Of a DNA stretch of 64,000 nucleotides, positions 36,407 to 50,570 are shown piece after piece. Within the stretch, counting starts at the first letter, position 1. The number at the start of each line of letters is the position of its first letter. The position numbers and the translations under genes are program-made. The notes under the pieces are model-generated. The model was not told where the DNA came from. It did no database searches and saw nothing but the letters and a program-made list of their open reading frames with translations. The DNA lies in the NCBI RefSeq assembly GCF_036365525.1, contig NC_090371.1:217675056-217739055 (forward strand), given 5' to 3'. The stretch comes from Heterodontus francisci (Eukaryota).

Positions 36407-38703
36407 AGAATCACAGAATAATACAGTGGAGAAGAGGCCCTTCGGCCCATCGAGTCTGCACCAATGCATTAAAGACACCTGACCTGTCTACCTAATCCCA
36501 TTTGCCAGCACTTGGCCCATAGCCTTGAATGTTATGACACGCCAAGTGCTCATCCAGGTACTTTTAAAAAAGGATGTGAGGCAACTCGCCTCTACCACCC
36601 TCCCAGGCAGTGCATTCCAGACCGTAACCACCCTCTGGGTAAAAAAAGTTCTTCCTCAAACCCCCCTTAAACCTCCTGCCCCTCACCTTAAACTTGTGTC
36701 CCCTCGTAACTGACCCTTCAACTAAGGGGAACAGCAGCTCCCTATCCACCCTGTCCATGCCCCTCATAATCTTGTACACCTCGATCAGGTCACCCCTCAG
36801 TCTTCTCTGCTCCAGCGAAAACAGCCCAAGCCTATCCAACCTCTCTTCATAGCTTAAATGTTCCATCCCAGGCAACATCCTGGTGAATCGCCTCTGCAAC
36901 CCCTCCAATGCAATCACATTAGAACATTACAGCGCAGTACAGGCCCTTCGGCCCTCGATGTTGCGCCGACCTGTGAAACCATCTGACCTACACTATTCCA
37001 TTTTCATCCATATGTCTATCCAATGACCACTTAAATGCCCTTAAAGTTGGCGAGTCTACTACTGCTGCAGGCAGGGCGTTCCACGCCCCTACTACTCTCT
37101 GAATAAAGAAACTACCTCTAACATCTGTCCTATATCTATCACCCCTCAACTTAAAGCTATGTCCCCTCGTGTTTGCCATCACCATCCGAGGAAAAAGACT
37201 CTCACTATCCACCCTATCTAACCCTCTGATTATCTTATATGTCTCTATTAAGTCACTTCTCCTCCTCCTTCTCTCCAACGAAAACAACCTCAAGTCCCTC
37301 AGCCTTTCCTTGTAAGACCTTCCCTCCATACCAGGCAACATCCTAGTAAATTTCCTCTGCACCCTTTCCAAAGCTTCCACATCCTTCCTATAATGCGGTG
37401 ACCAGAACTGCACGCAATACTCCAGGTGCAGTCTCACCAGAGTTTTGTACAGCTGCAGCATGACCTCGTGGCTCCGAAACTCGATCCCTCTACTAATAAA
37501 AGCTAACACACCATATGCCTTCTTAACAGCCCTATTAACCTGGGTAGTAACTTTCAGGGATTTATGTACCTGGACACCAAGATCTCTCTGTTCATCTACA
37601 CTACCAAGAATCTTCCCATTAGCCCAGTACTCTGCATTCCTGTTACTCCTTCCAAAGTGAATCACCTCACACTTTTCCGCATTAAACTCCATTTGCCATC
37701 TCTCAGCCCAGCTCTGCAGCCTATCTATGTCCCTCTGTAACCTACAACATCCTTCGGCACTATCCACAACTCCACCGACCTTAGTGTCATCCACAAATTT
37801 ACTAACCCACCCTTCTACACCCTCTTCCAGGTCATTTATAAAAATGACAAACAGCAGTGGCCCCAAAACAGATCCTTGTGGTACACCACTAGTAACTAAA
37901 CTCCAGGATGAACATTTGCCATCAACCACCACCCTCTGTCTTCTTTCAGCTAGCCAATTTCGGATCCAAAGCTCTAAATCACCTTCAACCCCATACTTCC
38001 GTATTTTCTGCAATAGCCTACCGTGGGGAACCTTATCAAACGCCTTACTGAAATCCATATACACCACATCCACTGCTTTACCCTCATCCACCTGTCATCC
38101 TTCCTAAAAATGTGGCGACCATAATTGCACAGAGTACTCCAGCTGTGGCCTTACCAAAGTTCTGTACAACTCCAACATGACCTCCCTGCTTTTGTAATCT
38201 ATGCCTCGATTGATAATGGCAAGTGTCCCATATGGCTTTTTCACCACCCTATTAACCTGCCCTTCTGCCTGCAGAGATCTATGGACAAACATGCCAAGGT
38301 CCCTTTGTTCCTCAGAACTTCCCAGTGTCAGGCCATTCATTGAATACTTCCGTGTCACATTACTCCTTCCAAAGTGTATCACCTCATGCTTTTCAGGATT
38401 AAATTCCATCTGCCACTTTTCTGCCCATTTGACCATCCCGTCTATATCTTCCTGTAACCCAAGACACTCAACCTCACTGTTAACTACTTAGCCAATCTTT
38501 GTGCCATCCACAAACTTACTGATCCTACCCCCCACATAGTCATCTCAGTCGTTTATATAAACGACAAACAATAGGGGACCCAGCACAGATCCCTGTGGTA
38601 CGTCACTGGACACTGGCTTCCAGTCACTAAAACAGCCGTCTGTCATCACTCTCTGTCTCCTACAGCTAAGCCAATTTTGAATCCACCTTATCAAGTTACC
38701 CTG
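36407..38703 (-). mobile_element. CR1 LINE (outer; pieces 36407-36919 and 38096-38703)
   Basis: ORFs 36564-36917, 38104-38436 and 38545-38799 are colinear once the inner CR1 is removed. Confidence 0.9.
36920..38095 (-). mobile_element. Young CR1 LINE nested in a CR1, uninterrupted 367-aa RT C-terminal ORF
   Basis: ORF 36988-38091 (DFSKAFDKVPH, GVPQGSVLGP, KFVDD); CAT duplicated at the junctions. Confidence 0.93.
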
Positions 38704-40899
38704 CCACCTTGTCAAGAGGTGACAAGTGGGGGAAAGGAGGGGGGTCACTGGCAGGGAAGGACTTGCATTTAGGGAGAGGCCACCAATTGTGGGCCTCATT
38801 CATCTAGGCTTCGGGGACCCCATTGAAGAGGAGCTTCAATGTGGGAGGGAGGGCCAGGAATCTGCAGTGGCGCTGCAACAACATGAGTCCACAGGAACAT
38901 CAGCAGCACCCTTCAGACGGTGGAGAAGGGCACAGAGGAGAAAGAGAGGTGACTCCCCCACACAGAAGGAGGTACCCTCCAGACAGGGTCTACAGTTCGA
39001 GGCTCAACTACCTACAGATGTCTGAGAAGCAGGGCCAATGCAGACTCCACCTCTCCAAGGAGGTCATCACTGACCTATGCGTTATGATACAAGACAAACT
39101 GTGCCGCAGGAGACATGATGTTGGTGACACCAGAGGCATGTCATGAGCCTGGGGCTCAGCATGAGCCTGGCCTCCAACAGACCTCCAACTGTCAGAGGCC
39201 TGGGCTGTCACAGCCTCCGTCAGCTGCTCGGGTCCATCTGTGATGTGCTTACCAGCTTGTATGCCCAAATCTAACTGCGAGTACAGACCCACTGACATGC
39301 AAGTATCTGCATTGGTGGAGTTTGCAAGGGTATGCAGTGATGATGGACCGAAGGAGGCGCAATCCTCCCCCTCAGAGGAGGCAGGCTCTCCCATAGTCTC
39401 GGAGGTGCTGCGTGAACTGCAAAAATGAACAGAGACATGTAAGGGTCAGGGCCACCCTCCTGCCATAGCACCCAGCCCGACGTTGGAGATCAGTGTGGGC
39501 ACCAGATGCCTGATGTGCAGCATGGCTTCATAGCAGCTGATGCACACTTGTGCTCCATGGTGACCTTACTCACCGTCAAGGGAAGGTGTTCCAGCCTCTA
39601 CATCTGTGACACTCCATCCATTGTGCAGTTCAGCCAGATCCATGGCCTCCTTCTCCACCGGGGTTAAGACATGAAGAATGGGCAACCCACTGCTGGTCTT
39701 GGCCGCTCTCTCTGATTGTGTGAAATCTTCTCCTGCAGTCAAAGGGAAAGAAGCTGCTGGTCCCCCACTGACAATAATCCCAAGACATAGGCTGGTGGTA
39801 GTCCAGCTACCACTAATAGGGGCACAGATGCCTCCTGCATGCGGCCCCTTTCCAGGGACCTCATGGGGGTCTGCAATGACAAATTACCTCCTTTCAGGGC
39901 CATTTTGCCATGGCTCAGGCAGTTTGCATGCATTTCCTGACCCTTTACCCATGTCTGGGTGGGCACTCCTTCTCCACGCAACACACCCTTCTGCTTTGCC
40001 AGATGCAAGGCCCAACAGGTGTAGGCATTAAGAGGTACTCACTTTTGCTGCCCAGATGAGGTCATTGAGCCACTTGCAGCACTGTATCCATGCCTCACGG
40101 CTGCTGAATTCCTCCACTATCTGCAGCCAGGCCTGTTTGTTGAGGCTCCCAGGTCTCCTCCTCCCATCCATCAGGAATAGAATGTGCCTCCTCTCCCTGG
40201 CAGCTTGTAGGAGCACCTTAGAGGGAGGCATCAGGGAACTGTGGGGCTGCGCAGGGTCTACTCTCCACCATCTGTCCATATCCTCTAAGATCTCCTCCTC
40301 TCCGAGGCCTGCAGACTACAAAATTAGCTGCAGAGCTGGTAGCCCTATTAAAAATGGTACCAGCACCTGCCGGGGCATCAGTTGATGCGGGCCTCTCCAC
40401 CTCCACACCTGACTCTGACCTTGCCAGCAGTCAGTTCCCGCACCTCAAGGCCCTTAATTGGCTGGTCACCACTGGATCGTGTGCAGCTGACTGCACCTGC
40501 CACCAACGTGCCACACACCTACTTCCGATTCTGACAGTGGGACCAGTGTCTGTGCGACAAAATCTGGCCCAATAATACAATCAAATTCAATATTATGTTT
40601 GAAAAGCAGAAACTTAACACAGTTACTAAGGATTTTCGTCAGGTTAGCTTTAACAGCTAGAGACCACGACTCTTCACAGTAAACAGGTCAAAATAGTTAT
40701 CAGATAAAACTACAGACGAGCAGTGGGAAATGTTCAAAAAGAATTTAGCCTAATACAGGACCAGTATATCCACCTAAGGGGAAAGCTCCACTTACCAAAT
40801 AACACAGCCATGGTCAACAGGTGAGAGTTACATTAAACTATACAGCAAACAAAAGAATATTGTAGGTCTAGGGAACTGGGTTGATACAAAAAAAAGCAA

Positions 40900-43800
40900 A
40901 TGTTAAATTTGAGGCTGTGCTACAAGCCTTCGACAAATATTTCAGTTTAAGCAGTAACAAAATTCTGGAAAGAGCAAAATTTACCAAGCGAGTCCAGAAG
41001 ATAGGAGAATCCATCGATTCTTTTATAAATGTACAGTTTGGCTGAGGGATATGACTATGGAGAATTGAAGGCGGAACTGGAAAGGGATTGAATAGTTGTT
41101 GGAATAGCTGATGAGTCAGTTCTCTTACAGTCGAAAGACGGCCTTACACTTGAGAAGGCAAGTCAGATTGTACGACAGACAGAAGTCCGAAGACAATAAA
41201 GAGCCATTCTGCAGGCTGAAGAGAAGCCTTGGATTGGAAGATGTCCAATGACTGTACAGTTCTTGAAGCCAAAGACGGACAGGCAGTCTGTAGAGAAGAA
41301 GACACACAAAGGTAAGAAGGTGCATGACACTGGGAAACCATGCTATTGCTATGGATCCAGGAAGACCCACAGACGGGAACAGTGTCCTGCTAGTAAAGTG
41401 GAATGACCCAGATCAAGGATTTTGTATGGCGGACATTTATGTAAATGGACATTTAACAAATTTCAAATTAGACACAGGTGCTAGTGTCACAGTTCTGTCA
41501 GACCAAGAGCCATGGTTGATGAGACATTGCCCCTACAACCAGCAGACACACAGTTGCATGGTCCAGACGGGACCCAACTGAAAGTGAAGGATAAGCTGCA
41601 AGCAACTCTCCAATATAGAGGGAGGCAAATTTTGGAAACCCTTTATATCTTGCAAAACCAAGAACATTTCTTATGAAACAGAAAAGTGTGCTTAGACCTA
41701 CATCTGATCAAGAAGATTGAAGAAGTCAAACAGCCACAGGTAAATAGTTGCTTTCAAGCAGACTACCCAAAACGCTTCTCAAGTCCAGGAAGACTGAAGA
41801 CAAAGTACAGAATCACACTTAAAGAAGATGCCTGACCAGTGTGTATCTTTACACCAAAAAAGATACCACACCCACTGATGAACCAAGTTTAAGATCAGCT
41901 GGAAGAGATGACCAGGATGGGAGTCATTTCTCCTGTTATGACACTATTGGAGTGGTGTTTGGCTATGGTTCCAGTCCCAAAACAAAATGCTACTCTTCAT
42001 ATCTGTGTGGATTTAACGCAGCTTAACACAGCCCTTTAAAGATGTCTGCAAATGCGACATTAAGTCCTGTGACATTGATCACAAGTCGTGGGAGTCAGTT
42101 GCCAGTGATCGCCAGAGCTGGCGGGCAGCCATAAAGGCGGGGCTAAAGTGTGGCGAGTCGAAGAGAATTAGCAGTTGGCAGGAAAATAGACAGAAGCGCA
42201 AGGGGACAGCCAACTGTGTAACAGCCCCGACAACCAATTTTATGTGCAGCACCTGTGGAAGAGTCTGTCACTCTAGAATTGGCCTTTATAGCCACTCCAG
42301 GCGCTGCTTCACAAACCACTGACCACCTCCAGGCGCTTACCCATTGTCTCTCGAGACAAGGAGGTCAAAGAAGAAGAAGAACAAAGCAGTGGCATAGGAA
42401 ATTCATCCAATGACCACAGTGGTTCACAGCTTGGCAAAATTGTCTCAGAGCATCATGTTCACCAAACTCAATGCTAATAGTGGGTTTTGGCAGGTAGCCT
42501 TAGATGAGACCTCAAGATTACTCACATTTATAACCCCATTCAGAAAACTTTGTTTCAATCGGTTACTGTTTGGGATAACTTCTGCACCAGAGATCTTTCA
42601 AAGGTCTATGTCAAACATCTTGGAAGGGTTCAAGGTAGTTATTTGTCACATGGATGGCATCCATTCCAACAGTTTTACAATGGCTTCAAGAAGCAGGGCT
42701 AACTCTGAACGAGCAGTGTGAATTCTCCAAGATATCAATCCATTTCTTGGGACATATATTAAGCAGTAAAGGTATTTTGGCAGACCCACAGAAGACACGA
42801 GCCATTACAGAATTCCCTACTCCTACTTCCATTCAACAGCTCCAAAGATTCTTTGGAATGGTGAATCAGTCAGCAAAATTTCTATTCAGCTAGCTCAGGT
42901 AAAAGAACCGCTAAAACGACTTCTCAAAAAAGGTCAAGCGTAGTTTTGGAGTTCACTTCAAGAACAAGCATTCCGGAAGATTAAAGAAATGCTCATATCG
43001 TTCGATATCTTGGCACACTATAACCCTACACTACCAACAATGATAGCTGCAGATGCCTCCTCCATGGGGTTAGGGGCAGTCATTTTCCAGGAGCAGTTTG
43101 ATGGTTCTCGCAGACCAAAATACTACGCATCTAGAGCTTTGTCCGAGACAGAGACAAGGTGTGCGGCAATTGAAAAAGAAGCACTAGCCGTCACATGGGC
43201 ATGTGAGAAATTTTCTTATTATATTGTTGGATTGATAGTCATCATCGAGACAGACCATAAACCTTTGTTGGATAAGAAGGAGATCACAAAAATGCCTCCA
43301 AGAATCCGAAGATTTTGTTTAAGATTGATGTGATATACATACAAGACCATATTTGTCCAGGGTAAGATGCAAACATCCGCTGGTGTGCTATCAAGAGTGA
43401 TTGTAGACCATGCAACACAATACGATGTGAATTTTGCAGATGAGATAGAGTCATGTTCGCAATGTATTGAACAACAATGGCAGGAAAGTGTATAGAAATT
43501 AGAAGAAATTCGTCACTCCCAAAAAAGTGCTGAAGAATGGATTTGCAGTATTACGCACAAGGGTGGCCACAAGAAAGACCTTGTGGGAAGACAATGAAAA
43601 ATTTCTATGAATAAAGAAAATACTTCACAGTCATCAATGATTTGCTAGTTTATAATGACAGACTAGACATTCCCAGTTCACTTAGACCAGATATCTTGGA
43701 ATGCCACATGGGAATAATGAAGTGCAAAGCAAGGGCATAATCATCAGTGTGGTGGCCAAGAATATCCAAAGACATCGAAAACTGCCAGATCTGTGCAACA

Positions 43801-45056
43801 CAAAGGCCAGAACAGCTTGAAACTCTGATACCTACTCAATTTCTGACCAGACCATGGGAACATCTAGGTATGGATTTATTCATGTTCAATGGAAAGTCTT
43901 GCATAATCATCATGGGTTATTTCTCACTATGGATAGAAGTGAGAAGGCTGTATTCAATAACAACAGAAACAGTTATAAGAGTTCTACAAGACATCTTTGC
44001 GACACATGGTATCCCTGATGAAGTACTGTCAGACAATGGACCTCACAGTTTGCAATGAATATTTCAGTTTGCGACAAGAATGGGATTTCAACATCTCAAT
44101 ATTTCACCACATTATCCACTGTCAAATGGTGAAGCGGAAAGAGGTGCAAGAACCATAAAGTCCTGTTTGAAGAATGATGACCTTCCAACCTCACTTCTAA
44201 TTTATTGATTTACACCGTTGATATGTAGACTATCACCTGCAGAGTTGCTGATGGGCAGGAAGATAAGAACGCAACTTCCTATGCTGCCGAAAAAATTTGC
44301 TTCCAGGATTGGTTGTCCAGGACTACGAGAGAGTAGGAGACTGGGAAAACACTTATAGAAAGCAACAAATTCGAAATTACAACAAAAGATTTTATGCAAG
44401 AGACTTACCGATACTGAATGAAGGCCAAAGCGTATGGATACGAGACCTAGAAAGGGAAGGTACTGTAATCCACAGAGATGAAAACTACCAGAGATCATAA
44501 GTGGTACACACAACAAAAGGGAATATCCGTAGAAATAGGAGAAACATTATCCCTATTCCCCAGAAGCAACAGTCAATCATTTATTTGGAAGGACCAGATG
44601 ATGAAGAAACAAAGGGCAAACAGAATACTACAATCCTTAGTAAAGACCAACCAAGCCAACAATCCAGACTTACAAGGAAGACTACTGATCATCCCAGTCA
44701 GACTGAAACAAAATCAGGGAGACCCCTGAAACCTCCTAACAGGCTAAATCTGTGAGGTTGGAGACCTAGGTAGCAGGTAAAGCGAAGAATTTATATATGT
44801 TAAACAAAGTGTACGGATAAAGACTTGGGGGGAGATGTAGTATAAGGACCTAAAAGGACTAATGCTGGAAACAGTGAGAGCAACCCCACCCACTGTAGTG
44901 ATGATGATGTAATAGCGACATGGTAATGAGTTTTGGAAAGAGAGTAGCAGCTAGAGAGGCTTGTGGAGAGTGTAAATAGAAATGTGTAAATAATAAGTGA
45001 TTGTTGAACTTATCCAGACTCCGAGATTTTATCAACAACATTCTAGTTACGCTACA
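40900..45056 (+). mobile_element. Degenerate Gypsy LTR retrotransposon with canonical gag-PR-RT-RH-IN order, 5' LTR missing
   Basis: FKLDTGAS (41462-41485); RLLFGITSAPEIFQ; ADAS..GLGAV; IEKEALA; ETDHKPL; CQIC; SDNGP; SNGEAER; PPT GGGGGGAGA followed by LTR TGTAG...CTACA at 44836-45056. Confidence 0.9.
42030..42379 (+). mobile_element. RTE 3' fragment inserted in the Gypsy RT
   Basis: Matches the reverse complement of 55914-56250; (GAA)n tail; AACA at both junctions restores DLTQLNKAV. Confidence 0.9.
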
Positions 45057-45069
45057 ACCACAACAACAC

Positions 45070-45678
45070 ACAATAGCAGCAGGCAGGATGTAATTCCCGC
45101 TTGCCCAATCAGAGGGCCAGCAGCTCTGAAGCCCTGGCAGCCCCACCAGGAGAAGTGAGCACTGCTGAGGCAGCTCAGAGAATGCAAGGGCATCTCAAAA
45201 TGGAGACACCCTTGGAGGAGTCAGTATAATTTAAAAATTTGGGAAAGCTGAGCGCGGAAGGATCCGCGGAACGTTGGGGAAAGCACTCCTAGGGAGTGTT
45301 TGGGCTGCAGGAATGGTCTTTCCCTTCAATGGCCTACTGGGTCTCTGGCTCTGATGGCACCTGCCCTCCCTCCCCCACACCCCAGACTGTTGCTGGGAGG
45401 CTACGTTCATGAGGGCGATGGGGGTGCACTCTGTTGCCAGCAAACTGCCAGCGGGCACTCTAACTCACCCCTAATAGGGGCCTTAATTATTTAAGTTGGC
45501 TGCCCGCATGCATTCGGTGGGCTGCCGATCCACGTTTAGTCCCGCCACTGGGAAGTTTACCAGCGGCAGGAATGCATCATGGAGCCGTCCCAACGTGGCT
45601 CCCCACTTTTTTCCCATTCCACCCTACCCCTATCCCCTGCCTCCCAGCCCGTCTTCCTGGGGCCGGGAAAATTCTGCG
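45070..45678. mobile_element. Second, inverted and truncated copy of the 11427-12032 MITE family
   Basis: CCAATCAGAGGGCCAGCAGCTCTG...CACTGCTGAGG is the reverse complement of about 11790-11856; ends GAAAATTCTGC. Confidence 0.65.
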
Positions 45679-47573
45679 TTCTGCTTCTACAAATTCCAGG
45701 AATGAATATTATTCTTGATACTATAAACAGCTGTGTGAATGACTTGAATGCTTATTGATTGATACTCTTAAAAGTAATGCTCAAGTCAGAGAAAAATGCC
45801 AGAGCATTTAGCTAGCATGAGTTATTCCAGTTATTGAATTCATACTTCCAGATGTTACTGAAAGATTGGATCATGATTTCTTCCATTTGACTCTAAATGG
45901 ATTTTAACCTGGAGCGAAATGCACTTGCTGCCATAGATTTCAGGCTCGGGTTATCTTACCTCACGGGCCTCATTTACATCTCACTTACCAGCTCCACCGT
46001 CCCCCACCCCCAAAACAGGCAGAAAGAGGCAGTTGATTGGTAGCCATCTGTTAAAATTGTGTGGCCTGGAGGCATCTGCTGGCCCTGGAAGGTAAGTGAC
46101 AGGGAGGGAGTTTCAGCCATGTCTTGTGAGTAGGATGGTGGGTGGGAGCCCAGGCATTAAAGGTCGATACTTTTCCTGTGAGACCCAGAGGAGTACTCCT
46201 AGGAGGTCCTCTTCATGGAGCTGGAGTCATGGCTGATGCTCTGCTCTGACTGTGATTAAAAGGCCATCGGGATCCTATAATAAAATATAAGACCTCAATA
46301 GTCTCAATAATTACACCACTAATTAGTTACTTCTTCAATAGCTTGTTAGCTGCTGAAAAAGAACGTTTTTCAAATGCTAAAGGCCTTTTGCTGAGGAATG
46401 GCTTTCCTCTCAAAAATATTTGGAATGAAGATATGTCTTATCTGCATTTGCTGCGCAGTTTCATATATTTACTAGATTGATCAGTATGATCTCCAAGGAC
46501 TATGAGCCATAGTCATCCTTCCCCTTTGTATGGAAGAACGTATGTGGGTCTGTAATTGAGTCTGACACTGTATACCTGTTACTTAATGAAATCTGGCAAG
46601 TATTTGGTGATGGAAAAATATGCATTGTACCATAGCTCATTCTGACTCCACTGAATTATTGCATTAATGTGGGCAATTCTTCCTTCTGTGAAGCACCTCC
46701 GATAGTCTGACCTTTAATGTGCCTACAAGGCTTAAGCACTAAGCACTTATTTGCATATGTTATTTTCTTCACAAAGCTTCTTGTATTTTTTTAAAGTTAT
46801 AAATTATTTATAACGCATCATTTTTAATACGCCTTATAAATGATAGTGACTTATGGTGGGATTTTGTCATGCACTGATGCCATCTATAATATTGAAAATG
46901 TCAAGCAGCATGTGGTAGTATCTGCATTTCCCAGCACTCTTAAGGTTTGCCCACACAGATTAGTGAAGCAAGGAAGAAGTTGTGGCTTCATGACTGGTGG
47001 TCTGCAACATGTACATATGTGTATTAATATTCCATTTAGTAGCTAATCCCTCTGTTACAGACTCTTCTCAGGATAAACTTCCCTTTTACGCAGCTGGAAT
47101 ATATTGTCTGAGAGGGTGGTGGCAGATTAAATCGTGGTTTTTAAAAGGAAATTGGTTAATTATCTGAAGCGAAAAAATTTGCAGGGCTATGGGGGAAATT
47201 TGGGGGAATGGGACTACCTGAGTTGCTCTTACGGAGAGCTGGCACATAGACAACAGGCTGAATGGCCTCTTTCTGGGCTGTAACCATTCTATGGTTCTAT
47301 GAAATGGAATGCATTCGGCATTTTAAGATCAGCTATAATGGTGGTTACTCAACAAATGCCTAAAGCAAGTGGTCAAATTAAAACTTTACATAATCAACCA
47401 CTGTAGCGTAACATGCAGGCATCCTTTCACAGTTGTACTCTTTTACTTTAATGATCAAAGAATTGATGCTGCCAAACATAATACTTTTTCCCATCCTTTC
47501 TACAATCGAAGTTCCTTTCAGTGGATAATCTCTGAATAATGATCACAGAAGATTAGGGCCACAAAATTGCACT

Positions 47574-48787
47574 CTATAGCCCTGTACTTCTCTCCATAGC
47601 ACTGTAGGTCTGACAGAATGAGTGCTGTCTTATTACCAAAACAACCTTACCCTCTGGACAGCTGGAACCCATGCTACCCTTTCCCTGCCCTGGCTGCAGG
47701 CCATTCATTCTCAGAGACTCACCATGTGCAGATCCCAGCTCTCTGCTACCCTCTAAAATACGCACAGTGCCAGTATCTGAGCTAGTGACTGCGAGTATGA
47801 GATCGAGTGACAGTGCTTCTTCATCATCAATGTCCTGTGCCTCTTTGTCTTCATGCCAGGTGACAGTTCTTGGGTATCTGAAAGGAAAAAGGCACAAGGG
47901 TAGGGTTGTGTTGAGGGAAGTGGGGGAAAAATAAGAGGTGCTTGTTGACACAATCAGCAGTTTCCACATGAGAAGAGATTGTAGGATGAGGGGGAAGTGG
48001 GATGTGAGAAGGTGGATTAGGTAGGAACATACCATCATATTCTATGGTCTCAGCCCCACTGCTGGCCACAGTCCCAGTGACGGCCACTTCAATTTTGGAG
48101 ACCACTGTCTCCTCCTTGGGGATAAGGACATACAGTTGTGTCTGTCCCCTGCTGGTTAGCTCGCTGTCTGTGATTGTGTTGAGAGAGGGGTGTGTGCTAT
48201 GAGTGTCGTGCAGTGGCTATCATGGTTGAATGGTTAGCAGTGTGTGCAATGTAAAAATGTGGGTATGAGGCTTGCAGCAGTGCTAAATGTATGAGGATCA
48301 CACTGTGAATGTGACGTATTAGTCATGCTTGATAGAGAATGTTGGTAAGTGAGTGGTTCAATTGTAAGGATTTGGGATTTGAAGATGCATTCGCTGACCC
48401 TGACCACTCGTGCGAGGTCATTAAACTTCTTGCCGCACTGCATCCACCTCCCCAGGGAGACACTGTTCACATTGACCTCCGTTGCTTTCTGCTCTCATTC
48501 CCTTCTAAGCGCTTATCTGGAGGGCCTACTTTCCCATTTGAGAAGAGGTCCTCTCTCCTCCTGTCCACCTCTTGCATCAGAGCCTCGAGTGCTGCATCAG
48601 AAAATCTGGAAGTACGCTCTCTGACAAGTTGCACTGTTTTCACTCTTCTTGCAGGTCAGGCTCTCTTCCACAACAACATCCAGTATTTTCTTCAGCCACA
48701 ATGCATCTCCCCTTTAAGTAGTGCAGACTAGCTTCAATTGGTGCTGGCCTCATATGAACTTGGGCTCACTTGCAGCCACTCAACAGT
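47574..48787 (-). pseudogene. Harbinger Myb/SANT gene remnant (host of the 48788-50477 insertion)
   Basis: RERTSRFSDAALEALMQEVDRRREDLF and WMQCGKKFNDLARVVR|GT; further exon remnants near 48030-48170 and 47680-47880. Confidence 0.75.
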
Positions 48788-50477
48788 GGCCTGGATTTTG
48801 CAATCCCAATAGCGGTGAATGCTGAGATGTTCATTGCTAATTGAGGGCCGCAATGGCACTGCATTTCTGGCGAAAACAGATGTGCCGAAAACCGGAAGTT
48901 GCAGTGAGCCTCCAGGGGCTCTGGAGGAGTTTATGATGCTGGTGCTGCTGAACCACTCTTTAAAGCGGCAGGGACTAGTAATGTGTGAATTTGGGCTAAT
49001 TGCCCATAACTTGCACAGATTTTTTGTGTGACTGATGTTAGAATTGACATTAGCCGGCGTAAAGCCTGCAAGGGAGAGGATTGGCCAATTAACTTTATAA
49101 TGAGCAGAAGGATCTCAGGGGAGGCAGTGGCACACTGGTAATGTCAATGAACTAGTAATCCAGTCTTGGGAAGGTGCCTCTCCATGCACAATGCTCTGGC
49201 TGTCTTGCAGTCCAGCCAACTACATGACCTCCTCCTCCATTGGGGTCAAGACATGGAGAATGGACAACCCAATGCTGGTCTTGGCCCGCTCTCTCTGATT
49301 GTGTGCTATCTTCTCCTGCAGACACAGGGAAGGAAGCTGTTGGTCACCCAGTGAGAATAATTCCAAGGCATAGGCTGGTGGTAGTCCAGCTGCCACTGAT
49401 GGGGGCACACAGATGCCTCCTGCATGTGGCCTCTTTCCAGGGACCTCGAGAGGGTCTACAATGACAAGCAGCCTCCTTTCAGGGCCATTTCGCAATGGCG
49501 CTGCCAGTCATCTTGTATCGCCTGACCCTTTGCCCACGTCTGGATGGGTAATCCCTCTCCTCCCAATGCACCCTCTTCGTTCACCAGATGCAAGGCCCAA
49601 GAGGATGACGGCATTAAGAGGTACTCATTTTCACTGCCCAGATGAGGTAATTGAGCCGCTTGTATCCAGGTCCTTGGTGTTACCCCACGGCTGCTGATTT
49701 CCTCTGCTATTTGAAGCCAGGCCAGCTTGGTTAGGCTGCCAGGTCTCCTCCTTCTGGCCATTGTGAATAGAATGTGCCTCCTTTTCATTGCAGCCTGTAG
49801 GAGCACCTGGAGGAAGGCATCAGGGAAGCGTGAGTCTGCCTGGGGTCTACTTTCAGCCATCTCTCTGTATCCTCCATGATCTCCTCTTCTTCCAGGCCTG
49901 CAGACTGCAACATTAACTGCTGGGCTGGCAGCCCTTTAAAAATAACAGCAGCATCTGCTGAGGTACCAGCTGACGCCGGAGTCTCCGCCTCTGGACCCAT
50001 CTCCGACTGCACAATTAGTCGAGTCCCGTGACTCATTGCCCCTGACCCGTTTCCAGTCCCAATGGTGGGTCTGGCGTCTTCACAATAAAATCCAGCCCTC
50101 TGTGTCTCCCTTTGTCAGTCCACCTCCCTCTGTCTCAGTAACTAAAAGTTTGTAATAGTTCTTCAAAGTTTATAAACTTGTGAAGAGTATTTAAAAGTTT
50201 GAGTTTTAAAAAGTGTTTAAGATGTTTAAAAATATTTAAAATCATAATAAAACACTCACCTGCCTTTGAGCTAAAGACTGATCTCAAGTGGTGCGCCTTT
50301 AGCTTGTGACGGAGTTAGGGGGCGTGGCTTTGCTGTTAATGTGCCTCGCAGATAGTTTTGTTGGTGGATCAGGCTGCAGCAATAAGTGAAAGCTCTCACT
50401 GCAACCAACGAACCAGATAAGTTCACATTTCTCTGCACAGTCAGTGGGCATGCATCACAAACTGCAGAATCCGGGCC
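48788..50477. mobile_element. Non-autonomous Harbinger-type element containing another Harbinger fragment
   Basis: TIRs GGCCTGGATTTTGC / GCAGAATCCGGGCC; perfect TSD AGT (48785-48787 and 50478-50480). Confidence 0.8.
49166..50098 (-). mobile_element. Harbinger end carrying Myb exon 1, intron and exon 2 (same subfamily as 39570-40570)
   Basis: ORF 49456-49860 SRFPDAFLQVLLQAA..AWLQIAEEISSRGVTPRTWIQ; acceptor CTGCAG|GAGAAGATAGCACAC; TIR ATAAAATCCAGCCC. Confidence 0.85.
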
Positions 50478-50570
50478 AGTGTATTTAGCACTGAGCTGCA
50501 TACCACCATCATTTCAATTAGCAGTCAGCAAGAAATTTGCAAGCTGGCTGCCTTACTTTGAATGGGACAA

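Larger units (their letters stand above)
35954..40570. mobile_element. Internally deleted PIF/Harbinger element carrying two nested CR1s
   Basis: TIRs GGGCAAAGTTTT / AAAATCTGGCCC; 3 extra bases (CAT/AAT) in the host CR1 frame; transposase N-terminus (+) at 38745-39105 (RYPPDRVYSSRLNYLQMSE); Myb gene (-) at 39105-40280 (WLQIVEE..WIQCCKWLNDL). Confidence 0.85.
34780..40900 (+). mobile_element. Old CR1: esterase-like ORF1 remnant plus ORF2 endonuclease, split by a Harbinger element (pieces 34780-35953 and 40571-40900)
   Basis: KVNMWLKK*CG (esterase-like); VFRKDRETGRGG; VIYRP; NSDH|(N)NTIKFNI rejoins across the insertion. Confidence 0.75.
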
